A stretch of DNA of 64,000 nt from Myxococcota bacterium. Its GTDB lineage: Bacteria; Myxococcota_C; UBA6777. Of the stretch, positions 1-8,767 are shown piece after piece. A program made the position numbers and the translations under genes. The notes beneath the pieces were generated by a model that did no database searches, had not been told where the DNA came from, and saw only the letters and a list, made by a program, of their open reading frames with translations. The number at the start of each line of letters is the position of its first letter. The stretch's first letter is position 1. Location: positions 1 to 64,000 of the forward strand of contig JAKLKB010000014.1 of assembly GCA_023150835.1 (NCBI GenBank). The letters run 5' to 3'.

Positions 1-130
1 AAAACCTCTGGTTTTCTTGCCTTGATCTTTCGCAACGTTCGGGGTATCCTCCCCTCTGATGCACGTTCGGCTCTTTCGTTCGGTGGTGTCTTCTTTGGTT
101 CCTTGACGCCCACAAGCATTCGGAAAACAC

Positions 131-883
131 ATGTCCCAAACAGCCGAGACCCCCCTCACACGGGAGCAATTGATCCATCAATACCGCCCCTACGTGCGGA
201 ACATCGTCAGCAAGATCATGAAAACGCTCTCTCCCGATGTGGACTTCGATGACCTTGTTGGATACGGAGAGCTCGGCCTGATCGAAGCAGCAGACCGCTT
301 CGACCCCAAGTTCAAAGTCAACTTTATGACCTTCGCTTATTACCGCATACGCGGAGCCGTCTACGATGGACTCCGTGGCATGGGCTGGATCTCCCGATCT
401 CAATACACCAAACTCCGCTACGAAGAACGCGCCAACGCCTACCTCGCCAGCGCCAACGAACGACACGCCTCCAACCACGAACAACACCCCGTCCAAGACG
501 AAGTCAACCAGATCAGCGAAGTCATCGCTGGGCTCGCCTCCATCTTCATCACCTCCCTCGACGCCCAAGAAGGTCTTCAGATCGAAGACGACGACAAAGA
601 CAAAGATCCCCTCAATCAGATCGAAACCAAACAAGCCCAAAAACTCCTGCGCGAAGCCCTCCAAAAACTCCCCGAACAAGAACGCACTCTCCTCGAATAC
701 TACTACTATCGAGACTTTACGCTCGAACAAGCCGGCGAACAACTCGGACTCTCCAAGTCGTGGGCCTCCCGCCTTCACGCACGCGCTATCCAAAAACTCC
801 AAAAGCTCGTCAGCGAACTCGACCCCCTCGCCCCCGAAGAACCCCCCGCCTCCAAACAAGCCCCCCGCGCACGCCGATTTTGA
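131..883 (+). CDS. RNA polymerase sigma factor, FliA/WhiG (sigma-28) family
   Basis: Region 2 motifs DDLVGYGELGLIEAADRFDP and FMTFAYYRIRGAVYDGLR; region 4 LPEQERTLLEYYYYRDFTLEQAGEQLGLSKSWASRLH. Confidence 0.9.
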   Translation: MSQTAETPLTREQLIHQYRPYVRNIVSKIMKTLSPDVDFDDLVGYGELGLIEAADRFDPKFKVNFMTFAYYRIRGAVYDGLRGMGWISRSQYTKLRYEERANAYLASANERHASNHEQHPVQDEVNQISEVIAGLASIFITSLDAQEGLQIEDDDKDKDPLNQIETKQAQKLLREALQKLPEQERTLLEYYYYRDFTLEQAGEQLGLSKSWASRLHARAIQKLQKLVSELDPLAPEEPPASKQAPRARRF

Positions 884-1081
884 ATTTCACCCCAAACGAG
901 ATATCGAGATACCGATGCACCACTCGTCGACATATCTCCCCGATACTTCGGCCTTACAGATCGCCTCACACAACGCCTCTTCCACCCCAACGCAACCTTT
1001 CCCACAAAGCGCCGAAGATATCCTCAACAACGATGGCGTTTTCTTTCACCCACACACGCACCTTGAACACAGGAGGATACC

Positions 1082-1576
1082 ATGAGCAACCCATTGGCTG
1101 GAGCAGGCGGCGGCGCTGCCAAGATCGCCATGCAACAACTGCAACAGATGCAGAATATGCAACCCAACCAACAAGTGAACACACAAGGCGGAAATGCCGC
1201 CAAGTTCCAACAAAGTATGCAGACCCAACAGATCAACCAACCCCAACAAGTCAACCAAATCAACCAAACACAAAAGGTTGAAAAAACCCGATCTATCCGC
1301 GAGATCTCACAAACACAAAAAACCCAAGGAGCCGATGCTCCTCAAAAACCAAACTCCGCAAAAGGCGTCGAACGTTTCCTTGACGGCCTCAACAACCGCA
1401 AAAACGACGTCGACAAACTGATGAAACAAGCCATGCAAGGCAAATGCTTTAACAACAAAGAACTGCTGGTCCTTCAATACAAAATGTCGACCTTCTCGCT
1501 TGAAATGGACCTCGTCTCCAAAGTCGTTGAAAAAGCCTCCAGCGGCATCAAACAAGCCATGAACACCCAAGTTTGA
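1082..1576 (+). CDS. sctI: T3SS inner rod protein, EscI/YscI/HrpB2-like
   Basis: Gln-rich N-terminus; C-terminal ELLVLQYKMSTFSLEMDLVSKVVEKASSGIKQAMNTQV typical of SctI; RBS aggagg; directly upstream of sctJ. Confidence 0.75.
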   Translation: MSNPLAGAGGGAAKIAMQQLQQMQNMQPNQQVNTQGGNAAKFQQSMQTQQINQPQQVNQINQTQKVEKTRSIREISQTQKTQGADAPQKPNSAKGVERFLDGLNNRKNDVDKLMKQAMQGKCFNNKELLVLQYKMSTFSLEMDLVSKVVEKASSGIKQAMNTQV

Positions 1577-1586
1577 TCCGCCCCCT

Positions 1587-1656
1587 CCCTTGCGTCTCCT
1601 CCCTTGCGTCTCCTCCCTTGCGTCTCCTCCCTTGCGTCTCCTCCCTTGCGTCTCCT
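1587..1656. repeat. Tandem repeat, 5 x 14 bp (cccttgcgtctcct)
   Basis: Five perfect copies starting at 1587, 1601, 1615, 1629 and 1643, 10 bp after the sctI stop codon. Confidence 0.95.
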
Positions 1657-1872
1657 CTCTTCTTCCTCACCGTAAATGCCTCCACGCGATCGAGGCTCTT
1701 GTCAGCCTTGGGATCGTGTGCTATCTATTCCGCTACCAAAAAGAGCAGCGCCCGTCGCTTCGGAGCGAACAAACCCCGAAACAACAACTCTCTCGCTGTG
1801 TTGATCGACCCCCATACATAACGCCCGTCCTCTCGGGCGGACGAGCATCGAACCAATAGGAGACTTTATCTG

Positions 1873-2688
1873 ATGAAGATTCGAAACGATCGCCCCCGCG
1901 CACTCGTGCTCCTGAGCCTGCTGTTGGCTCTCTTTGTGGTCGGTTGTACTGTCTCCATCCAACATGGCCTCTCCGAAAAACAAGCCAACGAGATCCTTGT
2001 TCTCTTGGCCAAAAACAACATCACCGCTACCAAACTTGCCGATACATCGGGCCGCGAAGTCAAATGGACGATCCAAGTAGACGGATCGAACAACGCCCGC
2101 GCCATCCGTATCCTCCAACAACACAACCTCCCCTTCTCCCAAGAAAAAGGCTTTGAAGGTGTGTACGGAAGCACCGGCATGATCCCCACCGCCACCGAAG
2201 AAAAAGCCAAATACCTCATGGCCCTCTCAGGCGAACTCCAAAACACCCTGCGCAGAGTAGAAGGCGTGCTTGATGCGCGTGTTCACATCGTGATCCCACA
2301 AGATCGCATTCTCAAAAGCAAAGACGAACCCAAGGTCTATCCCAAAGCCTCCGTCTTGATCATCAAACGCCCAACATCCGGCCCCGGCATCACGGAAAAA
2401 CAAGTCAAAGATCTCTTGGTCGGCAGCCTCGAAGAACTGACCAGCGCAAACGTGAACGTCATCTTTATCACCCAACGACCTGACGGAGCCTCCGATGACG
2501 CCGGCGCAAGCGGCGATCTCTCCAACTTCCTCGGCGTTCGTGTTGCAGCCGCAGATGCCAACAAATTCAAGATCGTGATCGGCGCACTTTGTGGCTGTAT
2601 CATGCTGTTTCTTGGCCTCTTTGTGTGGTCCTTTTTGCGCTCCGCCTCTTTCAAAAACCAACTGCGCGCCCAAGGGGGCCTCGCCTAA
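1873..2688 (+). CDS. sctJ: T3SS inner membrane ring lipoprotein SctJ (YscJ/HrcJ family)
   Basis: Lipobox VVGC; GLSEKQANEILVLL; MIPTATEEKAKYLMALSGELQNTL; EGVLDARVHIVIP; PKASVLI; C-terminal TM helix. Confidence 0.92.
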   Translation: MKIRNDRPRALVLLSLLLALFVVGCTVSIQHGLSEKQANEILVLLAKNNITATKLADTSGREVKWTIQVDGSNNARAIRILQQHNLPFSQEKGFEGVYGSTGMIPTATEEKAKYLMALSGELQNTLRRVEGVLDARVHIVIPQDRILKSKDEPKVYPKASVLIIKRPTSGPGITEKQVKDLLVGSLEELTSANVNVIFITQRPDGASDDAGASGDLSNFLGVRVAAADANKFKIVIGALCGCIMLFLGLFVWSFLRSASFKNQLRAQGGLA

Positions 2689-2787
2689 TCGCGCCGACTT
2701 GGTGTTCGGCTTGTGTGCGTTGCTTCATCGCACTAATCCCCTTCGCTGCGTGGCTGATCGTCCTTTCTCCCTTCCAAACGAGGCGCT

Positions 2788-3849
2788 TTGATGCGGCATC
2801 TCATCCAACATCTCTCCAAACAACAAGCCATGCTCTTGTTGACGCTTCTCACCCTCGAAGGCGAAAAAGACCTCCCGCTTCTTCGTTTTCTCCCCAAAGA
2901 CGAAGCAAAAAAACTCGAACCCATCGCCCGCCAACTCTGCGAAACCCCTCGCAAACAGCTTCTCCCCCAACTCGTCCAAGAGATCAAACGCCTGATCGCT
3001 GACAGCCATCGCAGCAAACTCGAACAACACGATCCCGCTTGGCTTGCCGAACTCCTTCAACACGAATCCCCCCAAATCATCGCCGTGATCCTCCAAGGAC
3101 TCCCCCGCAACTCTGTCCAACGCATCTACCAAGCCCTCCCTCGACAACTCGCCCAACGCATCCCCCAACAACTTAACCCCGTCGCTCCCGAGATCGCAAA
3201 ACAGATCAAACTCCGCATCGAACAACGTTTCCCTGAACCCCCCGAACACGACCCCGCCTCCCTAAACCTCTCCGCCCTCGCTCACCTCTCCTCCGAAGAA
3301 CTCATCCTTTTGATCCGTGAGATCGGCTTTCGCGAACTCGCAATCGCCTTCAGCAATGTCGGTCGTGGCCCACTCATGGAGCTTTGCCGACGCTTGCGCA
3401 ACGAAGACGCCGAACACCTGCTCAAAGTCGTCCAAAACCTTCCCTCCCTCAACGCCAAACACATCAAATCCGCCCAACGCACCATCCGCGCCATCTCCAA
3501 TGAACACCAATCCCAAAGCGATATGATCGAAGGCGCCGGGATGTACAAGTTCGCAAACGCCCTTCACACCAGCCACCGCGAACTGCTCCATACCCTCGCC
3601 TATCGCCTCCCTTATCCTCTCGGCATCCGCTTTCATCGCCATACTCCACCCCCCCTCACCCCCAACGATATCTTGCGCCTTCACCACGATATCCTCCAAA
3701 CACTCCAATCTCTCGCCGTCGAGCAACGCATCCACCGACCTTGGGCCCAAAAAACCATCGATCTGCCCCCCATCCCCGCAGAACCCGATCCCCCAAGCAC
3801 AAGCGGACGCGACGATTATGACGATACCACCGGCCATATCGGAAACTAA
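2788..3849 (+). CDS. FliG-like protein (middle and C-terminal domain similarity) in the SctK position
   Basis: DPAWLAELLQHESPQIIAVILQGLP resembles the FliG EHPQ motif; LSSEELILLIREIGFRELAIAF...KSAQRTI resembles FliG_C; lies between sctJ and sctL; TTG/ATG start uncertain. Confidence 0.65.
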   Translation: MMRHLIQHLSKQQAMLLLTLLTLEGEKDLPLLRFLPKDEAKKLEPIARQLCETPRKQLLPQLVQEIKRLIADSHRSKLEQHDPAWLAELLQHESPQIIAVILQGLPRNSVQRIYQALPRQLAQRIPQQLNPVAPEIAKQIKLRIEQRFPEPPEHDPASLNLSALAHLSSEELILLIREIGFRELAIAFSNVGRGPLMELCRRLRNEDAEHLLKVVQNLPSLNAKHIKSAQRTIRAISNEHQSQSDMIEGAGMYKFANALHTSHRELLHTLAYRLPYPLGIRFHRHTPPPLTPNDILRLHHDILQTLQSLAVEQRIHRPWAQKTIDLPPIPAEPDPPSTSGRDDYDDTTGHIGN

Positions 3850-3955
3850 ACCCTCCTCGGCTCCCCACAACACTCGATCTGGATGACAGCGCGAACAGAA
3901 AGCGTTATGTTGGTTTTCGTTTCTTCTTTTCCACAAACGACAAGGAGCAATACGG

Positions 3956-4633
3956 ATGAGCAAAGTCATCAAAGGTGGCGGCTCCACGCTTGGCCCACCC
4001 CCCCCCGCAAGACCCGCCGTCAGCGCCTACAGCGGCACTCCCCCCAGTACCTTCGGCCAACCTGCCCCCAACCGCGTCATCTCTGGCGCCGAAGTCAAAG
4101 CCCAAGGCTCCGCCCAAGAGATCATCCTCAAAGCCCAATCCGACGGCGAACGCATCCGCATGCAAGCCGAAGAATACCGCCAACGCGGCTACGAAGAAGG
4201 CTACCAAGCCGGCTTTGAAGAAGGAAAACAAGAGCTGACCGCCACTATCCTCGATCTCAACCGCCAAAACCAAGAACGTTTCAAGCATTACGAACCCGAA
4301 CTGGTCAAACTCGCCATGCGCATCGCCGAAAAAATCGTCGGCGAACAAGTCAAGATCGCACCCGAAACCGTCGTCGGGATCGTCTCCAAAGCCCTCGGTA
4401 ACGTCCGACACCAACGCGAGATCTATGTCCGCGTCAACCCCGACGATTACGATACCATCCAACAACACAAGCCCATCCTGCTTGAGCGCCTTTCACGCGC
4501 CCAAGATATCGATATCCGACCCGACGCCAACATCTCCCCCGGAAGTTGCCGCATCGAATCAGAACTCGGAACCATCGACGCCAATCTCCAAAATCAACTC
4601 GCAGCCATCGAACGCGCCCTCCTTGGCGGCTAA
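3956..4633 (+). CDS. sctL: T3SS stator SctL / FliH family
   Basis: GxxxG repeats GYEEGYQAGFEEG; LVKLAMRIAEKIVG; VRVNPDD; GSCRIESELGTIDA. Confidence 0.9.
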   Translation: MSKVIKGGGSTLGPPPPARPAVSAYSGTPPSTFGQPAPNRVISGAEVKAQGSAQEIILKAQSDGERIRMQAEEYRQRGYEEGYQAGFEEGKQELTATILDLNRQNQERFKHYEPELVKLAMRIAEKIVGEQVKIAPETVVGIVSKALGNVRHQREIYVRVNPDDYDTIQQHKPILLERLSRAQDIDIRPDANISPGSCRIESELGTIDANLQNQLAAIERALLGG

Positions 4634-4651
4634 CCAAGGAAGCTCTTTCTG

Positions 4652-6028
4652 ATGACCGCCGATTACATCTCCGCTGGAATGCGACACGACATGCAAAGAT
4701 TTCCTTCCCTGTTGGATTTCTCCAAATACTACGAACGCCTCGAAAGCCTCACCACCGTCACCAGCCGAGGACGCGTCACCCAAGTCGTCGGACTGGTGAT
4801 CCGCGCTGTCGTTGGCGGCGTTCGCGTCGGTGAGATGGTGATCATCCGCAACGAACACGCGCCCGACCTGCGCGCCGAAGTCGTTGGCTTCCAAGACGAT
4901 CAAGTCATGCTCATGCCCATCGGTGAAGTACGCGGCGTCGGACCCGACTCCGTCGTCATCCCCACCGGAAAGCCCTTCTCCATCCTCTGCGGTGATGCCT
5001 TGCTTGGCCGTGTCCTCAACGGCGTTGGCGAGGCCATGATCGGCCCGCCGCTCTCCCGCGAAGAAGGTCTCTCCGAATGGGCCGTCGAACGCGACCCTCC
5101 CGACCCCATGATCCGAAAACGCGTCCTCGAACACCTTCCCCTCGGCGTTCGCGCTATCGATGGCCTTCTTACCGTCGGAGAAGGCCAACGTGTCGGCCTC
5201 TTCGCAGGTTCTGGCGTCGGAAAGTCCACACTCATGGGACAGATCGCTCGCAACACCTCCGCCGAGATCAACGTCATCTGTCTGATCGGTGAGCGTGGAC
5301 GCGAAGTCCTCGACTTTATCGAAGAATCCCTCGGCGAAGAAGGCATGCGCCGCTCCGTCGTCGTCTGCGCAACGTCCGACACTCCCTCGCTCGTTCGCCT
5401 CAAATCCGCTTTTGTCTCCACCGCCATCGCTGAGTTTTTCCGCGCACAAGGGCGAAAAGTCCTGTTTATGATGGACTCCACCACCCGCTTTGCTCGCGCA
5501 CAACGCGAGATCGGCCTCGCTGTCGGCGAACCCCCCGCACGCCAAGGCTACCCCCCCTCCGTCTTTGCCATGCTCCCTCGCCTACTCGAACGCACCGGCA
5601 ACGACGACAAAGGCTCCATTACCGCCCTCTACACCGTCCTCGTCGCAGGGGGCGATATGGAAGAGCCGATCTCCGACGAAGTGCGCGGGATCTTGGACGG
5701 CCATATCATCCTCAACCGCGCTCTCGGGGCCAAAAACCACTGGCCCGCCATCGATGTCCTCCCCTCCCTCAGCCGCGTGATGACCGGATTGGAAACCATC
5801 CAAAAACGCCATCTCAAAGCCGCCAACGAACTTCGCCGCGTCCTCGCCGCTTACAAGAAAAACGAAGATCTGATCCTCCTCGGAGCCTACACCCCCGGCA
5901 CCGACCCCGAAACCGATTACGCCATCGAAAAAGTCGAAGAATGCAACACCTTCCTCAAACAAGGTCTTCACGATCGCCCCTCTTGGGACGAAACCATCGA
6001 ACACCTCACGGGCATCTTTGGCCTCTAA
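4652..6028 (+). CDS. sctN: T3SS ATPase SctN (FliI/YscN family)
   Basis: Walker A GSGVGKST; LIGERGREV; MDSTTRFARAQREIGLAVGEPPARQGYPPSVF; RGILDGHIIL. Confidence 0.96.
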   Translation: MTADYISAGMRHDMQRFPSLLDFSKYYERLESLTTVTSRGRVTQVVGLVIRAVVGGVRVGEMVIIRNEHAPDLRAEVVGFQDDQVMLMPIGEVRGVGPDSVVIPTGKPFSILCGDALLGRVLNGVGEAMIGPPLSREEGLSEWAVERDPPDPMIRKRVLEHLPLGVRAIDGLLTVGEGQRVGLFAGSGVGKSTLMGQIARNTSAEINVICLIGERGREVLDFIEESLGEEGMRRSVVVCATSDTPSLVRLKSAFVSTAIAEFFRAQGRKVLFMMDSTTRFARAQREIGLAVGEPPARQGYPPSVFAMLPRLLERTGNDDKGSITALYTVLVAGGDMEEPISDEVRGILDGHIILNRALGAKNHWPAIDVLPSLSRVMTGLETIQKRHLKAANELRRVLAAYKKNEDLILLGAYTPGTDPETDYAIEKVEECNTFLKQGLHDRPSWDETIEHLTGIFGL

Positions 6029-6060
6029 GCCAACAACCCCCCTAGATCGGAGCCTTTACG

Positions 6061-6546
6061 ATGCCGACTTACCGACTGCAAACTCTCCTCGACTTGCGCG
6101 AACGCACCGAAAAAGAAAAAAAGGACGCCCTCGCCGAAGCCCAGAAAAAGCATCGACAAGAGCAACAAAAAGCGGACGATCTCCGAAAACAAGACAAGCA
6201 GATGCGCGAGACCCGCAAACAAAAAGAAGATGAGCTTTTTTTCAAGATGCAAGCAGGTGAACTCGGCGTCAAAGACTACAACATGGGCGAGCGGTACATC
6301 AAACGCCTTGAACGCGAGATCGAAGAATTCCAAAGCGTGATCAAAGAACAAGACAAACGCGTCATCTTCGCGCAACAAGAAGTCGATTGGTGTCAAGAAG
6401 AACTCCTCAAAGCCACTCAAGAGGTCAAAGCCCTCGAAAAACACAAGGAAAAGTGGCTCGAAGAGTACAAAAAAGAGATGGCCGCCAAAGAGGAACTGGC
6501 CCAAGAAGAGATCGCCACCACTCTCTTCCTCTTCGGCAAAAAATAA
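6061..6546 (+). CDS. sctO: T3SS stalk protein SctO / FliJ family
   Basis: 161-aa charged coiled coil starting YRLQTLLDLRER, with KALEKHKEKW near the C-terminus; directly after the ATPase. Confidence 0.8.
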   Translation: MPTYRLQTLLDLRERTEKEKKDALAEAQKKHRQEQQKADDLRKQDKQMRETRKQKEDELFFKMQAGELGVKDYNMGERYIKRLEREIEEFQSVIKEQDKRVIFAQQEVDWCQEELLKATQEVKALEKHKEKWLEEYKKEMAAKEELAQEEIATTLFLFGKK

Positions 6547-6636
6547 ACCCGCCTTCTCTCCTCCCGCTCCTTTCCCCCCCAAACTCTGCACCCTAACAAC
6601 AACACTCTGTTGTGGCACATACAAGGAGAAAACGCC

Positions 6637-7533
6637 ATGACGCGTATCAACGAATCACAGGTTCAACAGCAGCAACAAGCGCAGCAGGCGAACCAAGCAC
6701 GCGACTCCCAAGCCCCTCCACCCGACTCCGAACGCGCCTTCGCTGCGCGTCTCAAAAAACAAGACGAAAACAAACCCACCCAACAACCCAAAAACGAAAC
6801 CAGCACCTCCACCTCCACCAAAGACGCGGATTCCGCCAAAACACGCTTGCTCCAAAATCAATCCTTTAGCCTCTCGGGTCGCAAAGGCACCGTCTCCGAT
6901 CTCCAAGCCCGCCTCAACGCACAAGAAGGCGCACAAGGCGCAAAAGGCAAAGGTCTTGACGCACAAAAAGGCGCAGAGACCGAGGCTCTCGATGCAAAAG
7001 GACTCGATGGCAAAGGACTCGACGGAAAGTCCGAAGGTATGGGCATCGGTAAAGAACTTGGTGCCGAAGGCGAGATGAAACTGTCCATCGACGGAAAGCC
7101 CGATCTTGCCGTCGGCATGGGTGGCCTGCAAGGTGGTGGTCAAATCCAACAAAGCGGTCAGATCGCCACTTCCGCAACATTTGAAGTGCGTGGTGCCAAG
7201 ATCCCCACCGCCATGATGGAAAAAATGATGGAGCAAGCCCGTGTCGGCGTCAACGAAGTCGGCGCTCCCGAATTCCAATTCGACCTCAAAGGCGATGTCC
7301 TCGGCGGAATGAAGATGCGCATCAGCATGGAAAACGGCCAACTCAAAGCCATCTTCGTCGCCGAAAACAGCGAAGTCCGCAAGTTTGTGGACGGAAACCT
7401 CAAAGACCTCGAACGCAACCTCCAAGATCGCGGGATCTTTATCAAAGACCTCCAAGTCCGCGACCCCGAAGAAGACCGCCGTCAACGCCAACGCGAACAA
7501 CACCAGCGCGACCGCGAACAAGCGATGGGCTGA
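6637..7533 (+). CDS. FliK/SctP-like length-control (ruler) protein
   Basis: Low-complexity N-terminus; C-terminal domain FQFDLKGDVLGGMKMRISMENGQLKAIFVAENSEVRKFVDGNLKDLERNLQDRG like FliK_C; ATG 6637 after RBS aaggag. Confidence 0.75.
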   Translation: MTRINESQVQQQQQAQQANQARDSQAPPPDSERAFAARLKKQDENKPTQQPKNETSTSTSTKDADSAKTRLLQNQSFSLSGRKGTVSDLQARLNAQEGAQGAKGKGLDAQKGAETEALDAKGLDGKGLDGKSEGMGIGKELGAEGEMKLSIDGKPDLAVGMGGLQGGGQIQQSGQIATSATFEVRGAKIPTAMMEKMMEQARVGVNEVGAPEFQFDLKGDVLGGMKMRISMENGQLKAIFVAENSEVRKFVDGNLKDLERNLQDRGIFIKDLQVRDPEEDRRQRQREQHQRDREQAMG

Positions 7534-7554
7534 TCTCCACAGCCTCCGCCTTCC

Positions 7555-8724
7555 TTATCTCAACACCTCTGTGTCGATCCGCTTCAACTGATAGCCCTGC
7601 AAGTTTTCAAATCCCCCGTCCATCCGCGACCCACGCAAACGAAAACGCACACCACACCCCTCCGCCTCCAACACAAACGGCAGATCAGAACGCCGAAAAA
7701 ACAGACTCGGCTTGCGTTGTTGCGCTTCGACCTCCCAACGAAAGCGATAACGTAATGCGCTCGGAGTATCGGGAAAAAAGCCACACTGCTTCCAAATGCC
7801 TTCGCTCCAAAACTCGATCCGTTGGGCTTTTTGCACACACGCAGGCACCTGTGGCTGCGTCCACGCACCATCCACCAGCCGAAACATCACCCGATCCACA
7901 CCGATCCGCGCCTCCAGTGCGTACAAAAATCGACCCACATTCCGCAACACTTCGCGTTGAATGCTCGGATCGACGCGGCTCCATTGTGCCCAAGAATCCG
8001 AAGAAACCAAGTCTCGTTGTGGCTCGATATGCCGAAGAAAGAACAACCAATTCATCCGTAGATCCTGATGTTCCGTCAAGATCAAACTCTCTTTGATGTG
8101 CAGAGAATGAGACAACCCCGCATACTTTTCCCCCGCCCACTGAAACACAGCGGATTCTTCGGCTTGGCGACTGGCTGGCCCCAACCAACGCTGATAACGA
8201 CGAAACAGCGCTTGGGTCTGGGCTTTTGTTCGCGTTTGACAACTCGTCGAGATCTTCTGCAACCCCCACGCGCCAAAGAAAAACCGATGATGGCAAGGAT
8301 AAGGCCCTTGGTTGTCTTCATACAGAAAGATCTGCGGCCCACTTTTTTCAAGGGATGAAAACAACCGCTGCAAGCGCATACACGGGCCGATCAGCCATTG
8401 CTTACAAAGCACTTCTTGGACTCGATCGGGCCAATCGCCTGTCCACAAACCACGCAACATCTCCACACGCTGCGGAGCCTTCCAGACCGAAACAGGCGGC
8501 TTTTCACGCACCACAGCTGGCTGACACCCCCCCAAAAAACAAAGCAGACACACACACACAACTGCACCGATCCAACGGGGCTTTGGAAGCACTAGCACCA
8601 CCAAGCCGCGTAGAAAACCTACACTCCCCCACACAAGGGCGCTCCCTCGAAATCCCCCAGATTCCGCCCTCAACACCCTCTGCCCACGCCTCACCACGCT
8701 GCTTTGTTTTGAAGTGTCTCTCAT
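7555..8724 (-). CDS. Hypothetical protein, possible lipoprotein
   Basis: Long ORF filling the gap between the T3SS cluster and gpmI; hydrophobic stretch ending FLGGC; start uncertain. Confidence 0.5.
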   Translation of the reverse strand: MRDTSKQSSVVRRGQRVLRAESGGFRGSALVWGSVGFLRGLVVLVLPKPRWIGAVVCVCLLCFLGGCQPAVVREKPPVSVWKAPQRVEMLRGLWTGDWPDRVQEVLCKQWLIGPCMRLQRLFSSLEKSGPQIFLYEDNQGPYPCHHRFFFGAWGLQKISTSCQTRTKAQTQALFRRYQRWLGPASRQAEESAVFQWAGEKYAGLSHSLHIKESLILTEHQDLRMNWLFFLRHIEPQRDLVSSDSWAQWSRVDPSIQREVLRNVGRFLYALEARIGVDRVMFRLVDGAWTQPQVPACVQKAQRIEFWSEGIWKQCGFFPDTPSALRYRFRWEVEAQQRKPSLFFRRSDLPFVLEAEGCGVRFRLRGSRMDGGFENLQGYQLKRIDTEVLR

Positions 8725-8767
8725 CCGCGATCTCCCGATCTCACCGTGTGTTCTCACAAAAACCGAC

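Noticed and set aside
893-919. Sigma-28 promoter upstream of sctI (caaa...ccgatgca)
   Set aside because: Only a partial match to TAAA-N15-GCCGATAA with imperfect spacing; not distinguishable from chance.
131-7533. A true flagellar operon
   Set aside because: The ring protein is a short lipoprotein of SctJ type rather than FliF, an SctI-like rod is present, and no flg, mot or flagellin genes are visible.
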